Below, piece after piece: positions 52,870 to 61,842 of a stretch of 64,000 nt of DNA. Under the pieces are notes generated by a model that did no database searches, was not told the DNA's origin, and worked only from the letters and a program-made list of their open reading frames with translations. A program made the translations under genes and the position numbers. Origin of the DNA: a virus. The stretch covers positions 35,909 through 99,908 of the IMG/VR virus record IMGVR_UViG_3300031576_000010; one strand, 5' to 3'. How positions within the stretch are numbered: position 1 is the stretch's first letter; each line of letters opens with the position of its first letter.

Positions 52870-55308
52870 CTACACCGCTGTGCTCGCCCGCTTGACCCCC
52901 GTGACCTCGTCGGCGAATTCGCGGACGAACTCGGCGATCTCCTCCTGGTAGCCGAGATCGCGGCTCTGGGCGAACGCGTTGTCCACCGCCTTGACGATGT
53001 CGGCGCGCGCGATCCCCTTGGACGTCTTGTCTGTGATGTCGCGGAGGAGCGCGATGGATGTGGCGCGATCGACGATGCCGGCGACCATCGCGCCATTCAC
53101 CACCTCGCCGAGCGTGAAGTTCGAGAACTTCCGGCCGCGCCGCTCGATCGCGTACAGCACGCGACCCGGAGCGAACAGCTCGCTGACGCCCGTACGAACC
53201 AACACGTCCATCTCGGATGCGATCGGCTTGTCGCGCAAGACCAACCGGAAGATGTCGGCGGCCGCCTCGCGGGTCGGGCGCGTCACCTTGACCTTTCGAT
53301 CGATTCGTCCATCCCGCACGACCGCCGGGTCGAGGATGTCGGGCCGGTTGGTCGCGAGCAGCACGACGGCACCCGAGTCTTCCAACCCATCCATCTCGGC
53401 CAAGAACATCGGGACGATCGTCCGCTCGATGTGCGTGGTGATGTCGTTGCCCCGCTTGCACAGGATCGATTCGGCCTCGTCGATGAAGATGACAGCCGGG
53501 AAGCCCGCGTTCTTGTAGTGCTCGCGGGACCGCTCGAACATCTGGCGGATCGTCTCTTCCGAGTTGCCGACGAACCGGTTGAGGATTTCGGGGCCCTTCA
53601 CGTAGATGAACCCGCCGGTCGCCTTGTCGCCGTGGATCCGGGCCAGCGCGGTGGCGGTCGCCTTCCCTAGGAGGGTTTTCCCGCAATTGTGAGCTACAAT
53701 ACCATTCGCGACGAAGTTGCTAGCCTCGTCGACCGTAATGTCGAAGACCTCGGCCTCGCCATCCGGCTCTACCGACACAACACTAACCTCCTTAGCCAGG
53801 AAGATTGGAAGCTGCCGGTGTCGTTGATGACGACGAGCGTGTTCCGATTTGGTCAAGATGACGAGGTTGTCAGGTGTGTTGTTGGTCGGGTCCTCATCCT
53901 CATGATGAACATCCATGACTGGATCGAGAAAAACGTGGTCCACGGAGAAGACGCCACAGCGAATTACTTCGAGCCATGCGTCCAACGACAGGCCGTTCAG
54001 CCGCCCCTCCACGACGAGCCGGTGTTCAGCCAACTGGTATCCGCCGTCGTTTTTTCGAGCATGCGGATGCTTTGCAAGACCAACACCGCTCAACGTCCAA
54101 TACCCACCAGACAGATACCTCCCACCTGCCATTGGTGCCGCCTCACCGTTGACCAGCACGTGCGATCCTGCAACCAGCTCGTCCGCTCTTGTCCAAACGT
54201 CATTTGGTTGCGCGATCTTGTGGTCGGGCGTCACGCGCAGAACCTTACCGTCCGCGAGCGTGACGCGGACGACCGGTCTGGTCCCTCGTTCATACACGGC
54301 GACGACCTGCCGGAGCCTGAATTCCCCGTTGATGTAGCAGCGGATCATCGTCGGGATGGCGGGATCCCACCGCACCGCACGACCGCCAGGCCCTCCTGCT
54401 CGACGCCGCGTCTTCGCACATGGGTATCGCTGGCCGCAATCTACACAGCGGCCAGCGCCATCGTCCGCATGGCGCCAGGACACACGACGCTGCGAAGTCG
54501 AGAACACACCGCCCTGGGCGTTGAACCGGCGGACCAGTTCACGGAGCGGTAGCCGAAACCCCTTGCCCGCTCGATTGATCGTCACCTCCGCATCGCCATC
54601 AACGCACCCAGGAGGCCCGTACAGCAGCACCCCCTTGATCCGCTTCTTCCCATAGCGCGCGTACAAGTCGGCGTGGAGGTGGGGCAGCTCGATCGCCTCG
54701 ATCATCTGGGTCTTGGCGTCCTCCAGGCCACCGATGTCGTCCCACTTGACCCCAGTCGTCCCCTCGAACGTGTAGCGCGACTCCGGCTTGCCCAAGCTCT
54801 TGACCACCACCGACCTGGACGGGTCGAGCAAGACGCGGTGCCCCTCCTCCAGGCCGCTGACAGCCGGCGCGACCAACACGACCACCGGGATGCCGCCCGC
54901 CGCGTCGACCTCGACGCTCCCGTCCGGCCTGACCGTCCTGACGACGTGTACTTCGCCGGTCGGCACGTTCGGCACGACCGCGACAATCTGGTTGGAGTCG
55001 GGCTTGATCGCCACGATGGTGCCGACCCGGTAGTCGTCCTGGTTGTCCGGTAGGGCGAGGTCGAGGGTACGGCCGTCCGCCGCGACCGTGACGGTCGTGC
55101 GGTCGCGGTCGACCCGCAGGACAGTGGCGTGCTGATGGGGCGGGGCCTGGAGACGCTTGAGCGCCATGTCCATCTCGATGATGCGGGCGCGCGCCTGCTC
55201 CAGCCCCGCCTTCATCTCGGCTTCACGGGCCTCTAGCTCGCGGATCCGCTTCTCCGAGAAGACGATGCGGTCGTCTTCATGCTCCCGACCGTAGCGCCCG
55301 AAACTCAC
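52870..55308 (-). CDS. ARC/Mpa-like proteasomal AAA+ ATPase containing an intein
   Basis: Coiled coil plus OB-like N-terminus; GPPG/CGKT Walker A; KGPEILNRFVG; IFIDEAES; TIVP.FLAEMDGLE; ATNRPDILDPAVVRDGRID. Confidence 0.88.
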   Translation of the reverse strand: MSFGRYGREHEDDRIVFSEKRIRELEAREAEMKAGLEQARARIIEMDMALKRLQAPPHQHATVLRVDRDRTTVTVAADGRTLDLALPDNQDDYRVGTIVAIKPDSNQIVAVVPNVPTGEVHVVRTVRPDGSVEVDAAGGIPVVVLVAPAVSGLEEGHRVLLDPSRSVVVKSLGKPESRYTFEGTTGVKWDDIGGLEDAKTQMIEAIELPHLHADLYARYGKKRIKGVLLYGPPGCVDGDAEVTINRAGKGFRLPLRELVRRFNAQGGVFSTSQRRVSWRHADDGAGRCVDCGQRYPCAKTRRRAGGPGGRAVRWDPAIPTMIRCYINGEFRLRQVVAVYERGTRPVVRVTLADGKVLRVTPDHKIAQPNDVWTRADELVAGSHVLVNGEAAPMAGGRYLSGGYWTLSGVGLAKHPHARKNDGGYQLAEHRLVVEGRLNGLSLDAWLEVIRCGVFSVDHVFLDPVMDVHHEDEDPTNNTPDNLVILTKSEHARRHQRHRQLPIFLAKEVSVVSVEPDGEAEVFDITVDEASNFVANGIVAHNCGKTLLGKATATALARIHGDKATGGFIYVKGPEILNRFVGNSEETIRQMFERSREHYKNAGFPAVIFIDEAESILCKRGNDITTHIERTIVPMFLAEMDGLEDSGAVVLLATNRPDILDPAVVRDGRIDRKVKVTRPTREAAADIFRLVLRDKPIASEMDVLVRTGVSELFAPGRVLYAIERRGRKFSNFTLGEVVNGAMVAGIVDRATSIALLRDITDKTSKGIARADIVKAVDNAFAQSRDLGYQEEIAEFVREFADEVTGVKRASTAV
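53686..54606 (-). mobile_element. Intein with HNH endonuclease (307 aa) in the Walker A loop
   Basis: CVDGDA start; VTPDH; EHRLV...VHHEDEDPTNN..DNL...EH; VFDITV...NFVANGIVAHN followed by Cys. Confidence 0.95.
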
Positions 55309-55937
55309 CCGTCCGCCCGCTTGTTCCCGTGGCGTGGCGGGCGCGCCGCGTTCTTCTCACGCTTCCGCTCCATCTCGGCGAGCAGGTTGACCCCGCACGC
55401 GATCGAGGTCGAGGTCGTCTCCTTGATGACCAATTCGAGCGCGATCCTGACATCGTCCTTCCGGTCCTTCCGCCACGCCTCGACCGCGGCGGTCAGGTAG
55501 TCACGGATGGGACGTAGGACCCGTTCGATCGGCTCGAACGGGAAATTGGGAGCCGGCTGCCTGCCCTCCCGGAGCGTCCAATCGGCCCCCCAAAGTCCCC
55601 ACAGCATTCCGGTCACCCGGATCGCGATATCGGCCAGCTCCTCGCCGAGCGGGTCCTGTCCGGTCCCGATGACGGCCGCCTCCGCCTCCGTCACCTCCGT
55701 GTAGGTGAGGATCAGCTTCTTGGTGAAGTTGTCCCAGGTGGGCGGCTCGAACCCGTTCGCGTTGATGATCTCCAGGTTGAGCCGGCCCGACTCCTTGATG
55801 TCCATGCGATCCCTTTCCACAGCCGTGCCTACAGTCGTGATCACCTGCGGCATCAGGATCGACCCGAGGTGTCCCGACGCAACCATCTGGTCGAGTAGCT
55901 CGGGGTCGGTCGGCAACAGGTTGAACGTCGTCACCAC
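55305..55937 (-). CDS. MazG-like NTP pyrophosphohydrolase domain protein
   Basis: EVTEA.....EELADIAIR and L..EMERK..KN..RP.RHG.K. Confidence 0.65.
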   Translation of the reverse strand: MVTTFNLLPTDPELLDQMVASGHLGSILMPQVITTVGTAVERDRMDIKESGRLNLEIINANGFEPPTWDNFTKKLILTYTEVTEAEAAVIGTGQDPLGEELADIAIRVTGMLWGLWGADWTLREGRQPAPNFPFEPIERVLRPIRDYLTAAVEAWRKDRKDDVRIALELVIKETTSTSIACGVNLLAEMERKREKNAARPPRHGNKRADG

Positions 55938-56185
55938 AGATCCTCGGTGAACAGCATGTCCTTGGGCTCGGCGATCTGACCGGCCTCGAACGCCAGTCGG
56001 GCGGCCTGCTCGCGGGTCATGAAGCCGTCGTCCGTCAGGAACCCCTGGACCGCGCCGGCCGGAAGCCGCGCGCCCGTCTCCGCGAAGTACAGGGCGATCA
56101 CGTCGTGATGACGACGTGGCGGCGCGACCGTCCAGATGAACCCGTCGACCAGGATGGCGGCCCGCTTGACCACGGTCAGCTCCAT
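55931..56185 (-). CDS. Conserved small phage protein
   Basis: RRHHDVI...QGFLTDDG.F.TREQA...A..AGQ...LFTEDLW. Confidence 0.65.
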   Translation of the reverse strand: MELTVVKRAAILVDGFIWTVAPPRRHHDVIALYFAETGARLPAGAVQGFLTDDGFMTREQAARLAFEAGQIAEPKDMLFTEDLW

Positions 56186-56628
56186 ACCATGTGGAACCAC
56201 TCGACCCCAGACGCCTGCGCCAGCTCCTCCTGCGGGCCGCTGATCCGATATCTCCGGTCGAACACGACCCGCACGACCCCTTTGACGATCGCGTGTTGCA
56301 AGCACTTGATGCACGGTGAGAGCGTCGAGTAGAGCGTCTTGGGCCCGTCGAAGTCGCGGGCGAACAAGAGCGCGTTCATCTCGGCGTGGACGGTCCGGTG
56401 GCAGCCCGAGTCCTCCCCGATCTTCAAGCAGCCAACACCATCGTCGGTGCAATGCGGTTGACCGGGCAGCGACCCGCAGTAGCCAGCCCCCAAGATCCTG
56501 TGGGTCGCGTGCTCGACCAACACGGCTCCCACACCACCCAGCTCCAGCGCGCGCGTGCAGGTGGTCCGGCGGGCCACCTGACGGGCGATCTCGATGTTGA
56601 CCTCGTCCCAGCTCGGTCGTGCGGTCAT
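56176..56628 (-). CDS. dCMP deaminase
   Basis: RPSWDE, RTVHAEMNAL, TLSPCIKC. Confidence 0.9.
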   Translation of the reverse strand: MTARPSWDEVNIEIARQVARRTTCTRALELGGVGAVLVEHATHRILGAGYCGSLPGQPHCTDDGVGCLKIGEDSGCHRTVHAEMNALLFARDFDGPKTLYSTLSPCIKCLQHAIVKGVVRVVFDRRYRISGPQEELAQASGVEWFHMVWS

Positions 56629-57047
56629 TCCGACACCCCCGACGCCAGGCGAAACCGCTCAACCGCCCGATCGAACAGGGCGGCCAGATCGGCCCGCCCA
56701 TCCAGCATGACGTACTCGTTCGACTGTTCGACGAACTCCTCCCACCGGACCAGCAAGCAGGCGAGCATGGCGGCTTGCTTGCGCATGTCCTTCAGGTCCC
56801 AGAGCCACGGGGTCGCCAGCTCGCCGGCCATCCCGTGCTCGCCGTCACCATCGTCAACCTGGACGTCGAGGACGAGCCTGTAGAGCACGTCGCCTTGTTC
56901 GACTGGCGGCACGTTCGCGGGCGCGTCACCACGCGAGATAGGCTCGATCCACCTGGTCCGCATCTCGACGTGCGCGTCCAGCACCCACATGCCGACCCGG
57001 AGGTATTCGCCTGGTTCCAGGACGGCTTCTTCGATCCCTTGTGTCAC
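56625..57047 (-). CDS. Hypothetical protein
   Basis: GTGA coupling. Confidence 0.5.
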   Translation of the reverse strand: MTQGIEEAVLEPGEYLRVGMWVLDAHVEMRTRWIEPISRGDAPANVPPVEQGDVLYRLVLDVQVDDGDGEHGMAGELATPWLWDLKDMRKQAAMLACLLVRWEEFVEQSNEYVMLDGRADLAALFDRAVERFRLASGVSE

Positions 57048-58849
57048 GACACACCCAAGAAGAACGTTTCGCTCGCCCGGATGCCGTCTCGCCCGACCTC
57101 GACGAGACCGTTGGTTCGCAGGAGCGACAGGTAGTTGCCGAACGTGCCGCCCGACGGTTCGATCCCGACCCGCTTGCCGAGCTGGTCGCGGGTGCATGGG
57201 CTCGGGTAACTACCAAGCAGCGTGTCGAGCATGTCGCGCGCGCCCTTCGGCAACCGCGACTTCCACAGGGCCGGCAGGTCAATCTCCGGCAAGGTGGCGG
57301 GCGCGACCGCCTGGCCCTGCGGTGTGAGAACAACGCCCTCGTCCGTCCCGTCGATGTAGCCGCCGACCCGCAAGAGCGACAGGTAGTTGCCGAACGTGCC
57401 GCCCGCATGCGAGAGGCCCGCGAGCGTCCCGAGCTGCACGCGGGTGAGGGGGCGGGGGTGCAGGGTGGCGAGCGCGACCAGCATGGAGCGCGCCCCCTTC
57501 GGCAGCTTCGTGTCCCCGTTCGACCCCGCCTCCCGCTCGCTCATCCGGCGCTTCTCCGCCAGCTTGGCGGCGACATCTTCGGTGGGGGACCACTTGGTCG
57601 GGTCGCCCACCTGCTTGCCGTTGCCGTACTGCCGATCGAACGACCGGGTCATGTCGAGGTTGCGGGCGGGCGACTGCGGCTGGTCCTTGCGGAGCCGCTC
57701 GACCAAAAGCTCGATCTTCTTGGTCGTCGACTGGACGGCGGTCGACACTTCGCACGTACGCGCGAGGCTTGCCTGAAGTTGGTCGACCTGGTGGTCGAGC
57801 CGGCGGATCTCCACGAGCAACTCGGGCGGGACGTATGGGATACGTTCTGGGACCAGCGGCCTGGTGGGCGCCGTCTTCTTGGCCAGATCGCGCTCCAGCT
57901 CGGCGATCCGCTTGCGCAGGGCGGCGGGGTCGCGGGCGGCGGCCCGCTCGACCACCTGTTTCATCGCCATCCGGATCTCGTCCAGCTCGACGGGCGCAAG
58001 TGTCCTGGCGGACGCGGCCTTCTGGCCGACCGTTGGGGTGGCGGACGCGTCGAACGTCCGCTTCTTGGCGATCTGGAACTTGCCCAAGATCCTGAGCCAC
58101 TGGGGCGACCACACGCACGCGGTCCCAACCGGCAGCTTGGACAGCTCGGCGGTCGGGACCTGCACGCGACCTTGCGTGTCGACCCCCTTCTCATCGATCC
58201 ATCCCTCGATCGTCTTGCGTTCCTGCGGGCCGGACGTCTGCAACACGACCAGCACTTCCGCCTGGTTGAGCGCGTCCTTGTTGACCGCCTGGGGCCGCTG
58301 CGAGATCAGCGAGAAGCCGATCCCGTAGTTGCGGCCCAACTTACAAATGTCCTCCCAGGCGCCCAGCATCCGCTCCTCCCCCTTGAACGTCCGTTGCGGT
58401 ACGAACGTCTGGGCTTCTTCGAGGAACAGATGGATGGGGGAACGCGACCCCTTCTTCCGGTGGAACAATTGCTCGGCCAGCGCGGTCACGAATTCCTTGC
58501 GCTGACCCTTGCGGAACGACGAGACGTCCAGCACGACCGACGTGCCCTTGTCGACGATCAAGTCGGCGACCAATTGACCATCTTCCGGCTCCAGCGGGAC
58601 GTCCCCGTGCTCTCCACCGAACACCGGGATCGAAATGCCCGGGCCTTTGCCGTCCGCTGCAACGCGCAACCCCCACCAAACACCGACCGGATCGAGCACG
58701 ACCACCTGGGCGCCCACGTCCAGCATCGACTCGGCCAACCGGCCCGCCGCGAACGTCTTGCCGGAACCGGAGCGTCCGAGGAACGCGAACTTCTGGGTGA
58801 CGGCGTCGACCGGGAGGTCGAGCCCGGGCGCGAGCTTCAGGGTGGACAC
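57044..58849 (-). CDS. HerA/DUF87-like P-loop ATPase with two C-terminal winged-helix repeats
   Basis: GRSGSGKT, LFLEEAQ, GRNYGIG, SQRP; LPKGAR.ML..L and GGTFGNYLSLLR each twice. Confidence 0.85.
   Translation of the reverse strand: MSTLKLAPGLDLPVDAVTQKFAFLGRSGSGKTFAAGRLAESMLDVGAQVVVLDPVGVWWGLRVAADGKGPGISIPVFGGEHGDVPLEPEDGQLVADLIVDKGTSVVLDVSSFRKGQRKEFVTALAEQLFHRKKGSRSPIHLFLEEAQTFVPQRTFKGEERMLGAWEDICKLGRNYGIGFSLISQRPQAVNKDALNQAEVLVVLQTSGPQERKTIEGWIDEKGVDTQGRVQVPTAELSKLPVGTACVWSPQWLRILGKFQIAKKRTFDASATPTVGQKAASARTLAPVELDEIRMAMKQVVERAAARDPAALRKRIAELERDLAKKTAPTRPLVPERIPYVPPELLVEIRRLDHQVDQLQASLARTCEVSTAVQSTTKKIELLVERLRKDQPQSPARNLDMTRSFDRQYGNGKQVGDPTKWSPTEDVAAKLAEKRRMSEREAGSNGDTKLPKGARSMLVALATLHPRPLTRVQLGTLAGLSHAGGTFGNYLSLLRVGGYIDGTDEGVVLTPQGQAVAPATLPEIDLPALWKSRLPKGARDMLDTLLGSYPSPCTRDQLGKRVGIEPSGGTFGNYLSLLRTNGLVEVGRDGIRASETFFLGVS
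57122..57405. repeat. 32-bp intragenic direct repeat (57122-57153 and 57374-57405)
   Basis: GAGCGACAGGTAGTTGCCGAACGTGCCGCCCG x2. Confidence 0.8.
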
Positions 58850-58858
58850 GGTCGGCTA

Positions 58859-58887
58859 CATGTAGCGGTAGGACATGCAGGTGTCAA
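58859..58887 (-). promoter_or_regulatory. Sigma70-like promoter (TTGACA-N17-TACATG)
   Basis: Perfect -35 just upstream of the HerA-like start. Confidence 0.55.
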
Positions 58888-59303
58888 GAGAAAAGCTGAC
58901 GCGACCCTTTTGGGTATTCCACTTTGCTGCCGGTCGATTGAATCGCCCACACCTCGACGCCCGCGGCAATCGATCGCTCGACCATGTCGCGGGTGCCACG
59001 CGAGGTGTGCAGGTGGTCGTGGAACGCGACGATCAAGTCGGGCTTGCCCTCCGCAAGCATCTGATGGTTGCGTCGCGGACCCGCCGCCTTGCCCAGCTCG
59101 CCCCAGCGGGCCGGGTACTCCACGACCGTGATGGCCAACCGGTTGGCGACCTCACCGGCGATCCGGTCGGCCCCACGACAAGCCCCGTGGATCAGGCGGG
59201 TGATGCGCCGCTGGAAGTGGAGGGCCGACACGGTCGATTCGATCACGCCCCACGCGTCCCAATCGCGCGACCCACATGCCAGCACGACGATCCCGTCGGC
59301 CAT
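58884..59303 (-). CDS. SLOG-family (DUF2493/YspA-like) protein
   Basis: CGSRDW, IHGACRGAD, GKAAGPRRNHQML, SRGTRDM. Confidence 0.85.
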   Translation of the reverse strand: MADGIVVLACGSRDWDAWGVIESTVSALHFQRRITRLIHGACRGADRIAGEVANRLAITVVEYPARWGELGKAAGPRRNHQMLAEGKPDLIVAFHDHLHTSRGTRDMVERSIAAGVEVWAIQSTGSKVEYPKGSRQLFS

Positions 59304-59312
59304 CCAACCACT

Positions 59313-60167
59313 CTACCGTATGATCTGCGGGTACCGCTCGAACCAATCGGCCCACCGGCGGAACACCCGCCACTCGTCCGGGCTGATCTGCGGCCAGCTC
59401 CACACGATGAAGCCGGAGATCGCCTCCGACCCATCCACGAAGCTGGAGAGGAAGTCGTGCAGCTTGGCACCCGACTTCGTGCCGAACGCCGGCACGCTCG
59501 GGACGAGATGGGTCCAGCCAAGCGCCCGCCAGCTCGCGATGCCTTGATCGATCTGATCGGGAGAAACGTCGTAGAGTTGGGGCGACCCCCATCCGGCCGC
59601 CTCGAAGTTCTCGGACGCGACGAACTCGGCCCACGGGAAGTTCTTGTGGTAGTCGGCCATCCCGTAGCTTGTGACGCCGAGCCCGTGCTTGTCGGCCAAG
59701 GCTCCGAGCGACTTGTCCATCAAGGTTGCGACGGCAGCCTGCATGGCCGCCTTCGAGCCGGTCGGTGGTGGGGCGTCCGGGTCCGCTTCCTTTTGGCCGG
59801 CGCGTGTGCCCGACCCCTTCCACTTATAGCCCAGCTCCGGGTCGAGGATCCACCCGACCACATTGCCGGTCGTGGCCGCCTTCATCTTGTCGACGAACTC
59901 GTCTTCCCGGCCGGCCCACGGGTACCCCCATAGCCACGGGTTGATGCCGGCAGTGGCGAACGCGTCACCGTACCGCTTCACGTCTTCGACCGACGTGATC
60001 ATGGTGGTGCGGGGCTTGCCTTTCGAGACGTCCTGCTGGACCACGTAGAACGCGACGAACGAGACGCCCGCGTCTTTCGCCGTCTTGGCCGCCTGCTTGG
60101 GGGGTGGCATCGGACCGGTCGCCCGCAAGTAGATGCCGACTCCGGTTGGGTTCTGGTTGGCCATCAC
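59313..60167 (-). CDS. Putative TIM-barrel glycoside-hydrolase-like protein (possible lysin)
   Basis: AK.AGVSFV, WLWGYP, ILDPE, FPW..F, PQLY pattern. Confidence 0.45.
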   Translation of the reverse strand: MMANQNPTGVGIYLRATGPMPPPKQAAKTAKDAGVSFVAFYVVQQDVSKGKPRTTMITSVEDVKRYGDAFATAGINPWLWGYPWAGREDEFVDKMKAATTGNVVGWILDPELGYKWKGSGTRAGQKEADPDAPPPTGSKAAMQAAVATLMDKSLGALADKHGLGVTSYGMADYHKNFPWAEFVASENFEAAGWGSPQLYDVSPDQIDQGIASWRALGWTHLVPSVPAFGTKSGAKLHDFLSSFVDGSEAISGFIVWSWPQISPDEWRVFRRWADWFERYPQIIR

Positions 60168-60176
60168 GGATCCTTT

Positions 60177-60374
60177 TCAGGTAGGCGCCTTGATCGTCGT
60201 GTCGCCCAAGAACGTGTTGTTCCTGATGACAAGGTTATCGCCAACCACGATCGCGTTGGTGAATGTGACGTTCATGATGACCCCGATGCCAGAACGCTCG
60301 ATCGTTTCGATCGCGTCGGCGACATCCTGTGGGAGGGTCATTGGCCCGTGGGCCAGAGAATCGGCAACAATCAT
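60177..60374 (-). CDS. Small hypothetical protein
   Basis: ATGA coupling. Confidence 0.4.
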   Translation of the reverse strand: MIVADSLAHGPMTLPQDVADAIETIERSGIGVIMNVTFTNAIVVGDNLVIRNNTFLGDTTIKAPT

Positions 60375-60664
60375 GGCATCCCTCTCCGCACCGGCGCGGG
60401 TGAACCGACCGGCGGCTTGGCCTCGCGGGCGAGGCGGTCGTGCGGCGGGCAAAAATCCACGTCACGACCCGCCTGTTTGACCGCGCACCCACTACAGAGT
60501 GGCGCATCGCACGTGCCCGACGTCGTGTTGGTCAAGGGGTAGTCGCACAGCTTGGAGGACTGGCGGCCGCACCCTGGTGTCGCGCACGTCTTCGACCGCC
60601 GACCACGCGAGCACGCGATCGCGACCGTGTTGCCGTCCTTGTCCTTGATGAAGTTACAACCCAC
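60371..60664 (-). CDS. Cys-rich Zn-finger protein
   Basis: LCDYP...TCDAPLC..C...DFCP.H. Confidence 0.65.
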   Translation of the reverse strand: MGCNFIKDKDGNTVAIACSRGRRSKTCATPGCGRQSSKLCDYPLTNTTSGTCDAPLCSGCAVKQAGRDVDFCPPHDRLAREAKPPVGSPAPVRRGMP

Positions 60665-60668
60665 CGAC

Positions 60669-61043
60669 TCATCCTTTCATCGGGACGGCGAGGCCGACGG
60701 CGAGCAGTTCGGCGTTCAGGGTCGAGTCCGACTCATGCATCACGCAGAAAACGTATGCGAGATACCGGCCGTACTTGTCGTCGGGGTACGGCTTCTCCGA
60801 CTTGACCGCGACGACCCCGGGGCTGGCGGCCGCGTTCTGGTGCCGGGCGACCCACTGTTCGACGAACTGCTTGGCCTCGACCGCTTTGGCCCGGATGGCG
60901 GGATCGGGGTCGCGCATCTCGGGCGTGTTGATACCGGCGAGCCGGCATCGTTGCCGAACCGTGATGCGAAACCCGAGATCGATGTCGACGTCGATGGTAT
61001 CGCCATCCACCACGTTGATGATCCTCGCCTTGTACTCGTACAC
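60669..61043 (-). CDS. Staphylococcal-nuclease (thermonuclease)-like protein
   Basis: VVDGDT...RLAGINTPE...DKYGRYLA...LN..L...GLA. Confidence 0.88.
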   Translation of the reverse strand: MYEYKARIINVVDGDTIDVDIDLGFRITVRQRCRLAGINTPEMRDPDPAIRAKAVEAKQFVEQWVARHQNAAASPGVVAVKSEKPYPDDKYGRYLAYVFCVMHESDSTLNAELLAVGLAVPMKG

Positions 61044-61220
61044 GCCGGTCTCCTAGCTGTTCAGGTCGGTGTGCTGGTGGCACGTGTGCTCTTCGTGGCC
61101 GCACGATGGTCGCCCGAACGCCCGGTGGTAGCGAGACCGAACCCACATCCAGAACGTCCGGAGGAACGGGACGACCATCAGGATGGGCGAACAGCTCCTC
61201 ATGGCAGAAGTGGCAGCCCA

Positions 61221-61463
61221 TCAGTTCTTCACCTTCTCGACGGTCTGGTCGGGAACGCGCAAGTCGACCGCCCGGCACCTCGGGCACATCTGCTTGACCG
61301 TCACGGTCGAATCGATCGGGCCAGGTCCCTCGAACCGGACTACCCGCTCGCGCTTCCGGAGCGCCACCACCTTCAGCATGTCGATCGCGGCCCACGCGAT
61401 CCGTAGGGCGGCGAGCACCAGGAAGAAGGTGAGCCACGGGTTCTGTACGGCCCACTCGGCCAT
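61221..61463 (-). CDS. Small TM protein
   Basis: NPWLTFFLVLAAL helix. Confidence 0.5.
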   Translation of the reverse strand: MAEWAVQNPWLTFFLVLAALRIAWAAIDMLKVVALRKRERVVRFEGPGPIDSTVTVKQMCPRCRAVDLRVPDQTVEKVKN

Positions 61464-61655
61464 TCAGTTTCTCCCCGGGTTGATCGCGGGCGGACGACCG
61501 TGTGGCTCTTCCGCTTTCTCGGTGGGCTCGCTGCCCGAGCATCGCGCGCACAGGAGCATGGCTGGATCGTTCGCGTCGATCGGGTCGACCCAGAACGACC
61601 AACCGCACCGCTCACACTCGACCTCGACGGTCCCGCGTGGACGGAGGTCATCCAA
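61464..61655 (-). CDS. Small Zn-ribbon protein
   Basis: CERC, CARC. Confidence 0.5.
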   Translation of the reverse strand: MDDLRPRGTVEVECERCGWSFWVDPIDANDPAMLLCARCSGSEPTEKAEEPHGRPPAINPGRN

Positions 61656-61842
61656 GATAGCAGCCTCGGGCGTCGCCCTCTTCCTTGAGGGTTCGGCGGT
61701 ACAGCCGCGCCATGAACGCCTCCGCCTCGTCCCGGGCCATGCCGTGGCCAGTACCGTGGTCCACGAGAACCGCGGCGTACTTGACCGCAGCCGCGACCGC
61801 CGCCCATCGGGCCGCTTCCCGCTCCGTCTCCTCGCTCACCAC
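61648..61842 (-). CDS. Hypothetical protein
   Basis: Coupled small ORF. Confidence 0.45.
   Translation of the reverse strand: MVSEETEREAARWAAVAAAVKYAAVLVDHGTGHGMARDEAEAFMARLYRRTLKEEGDARGCYLG

Noticed and set aside
2569-59933. Many long plus-strand and alternate-frame ORFs (e.g. 16652..18778, 15960..18707, 44674..46401, 57041..59131)
   Set aside because: Shadows of high-GC minus-strand genes: Arg/Gly/Pro-rich, no motifs, fully overlapping well-supported CDSs
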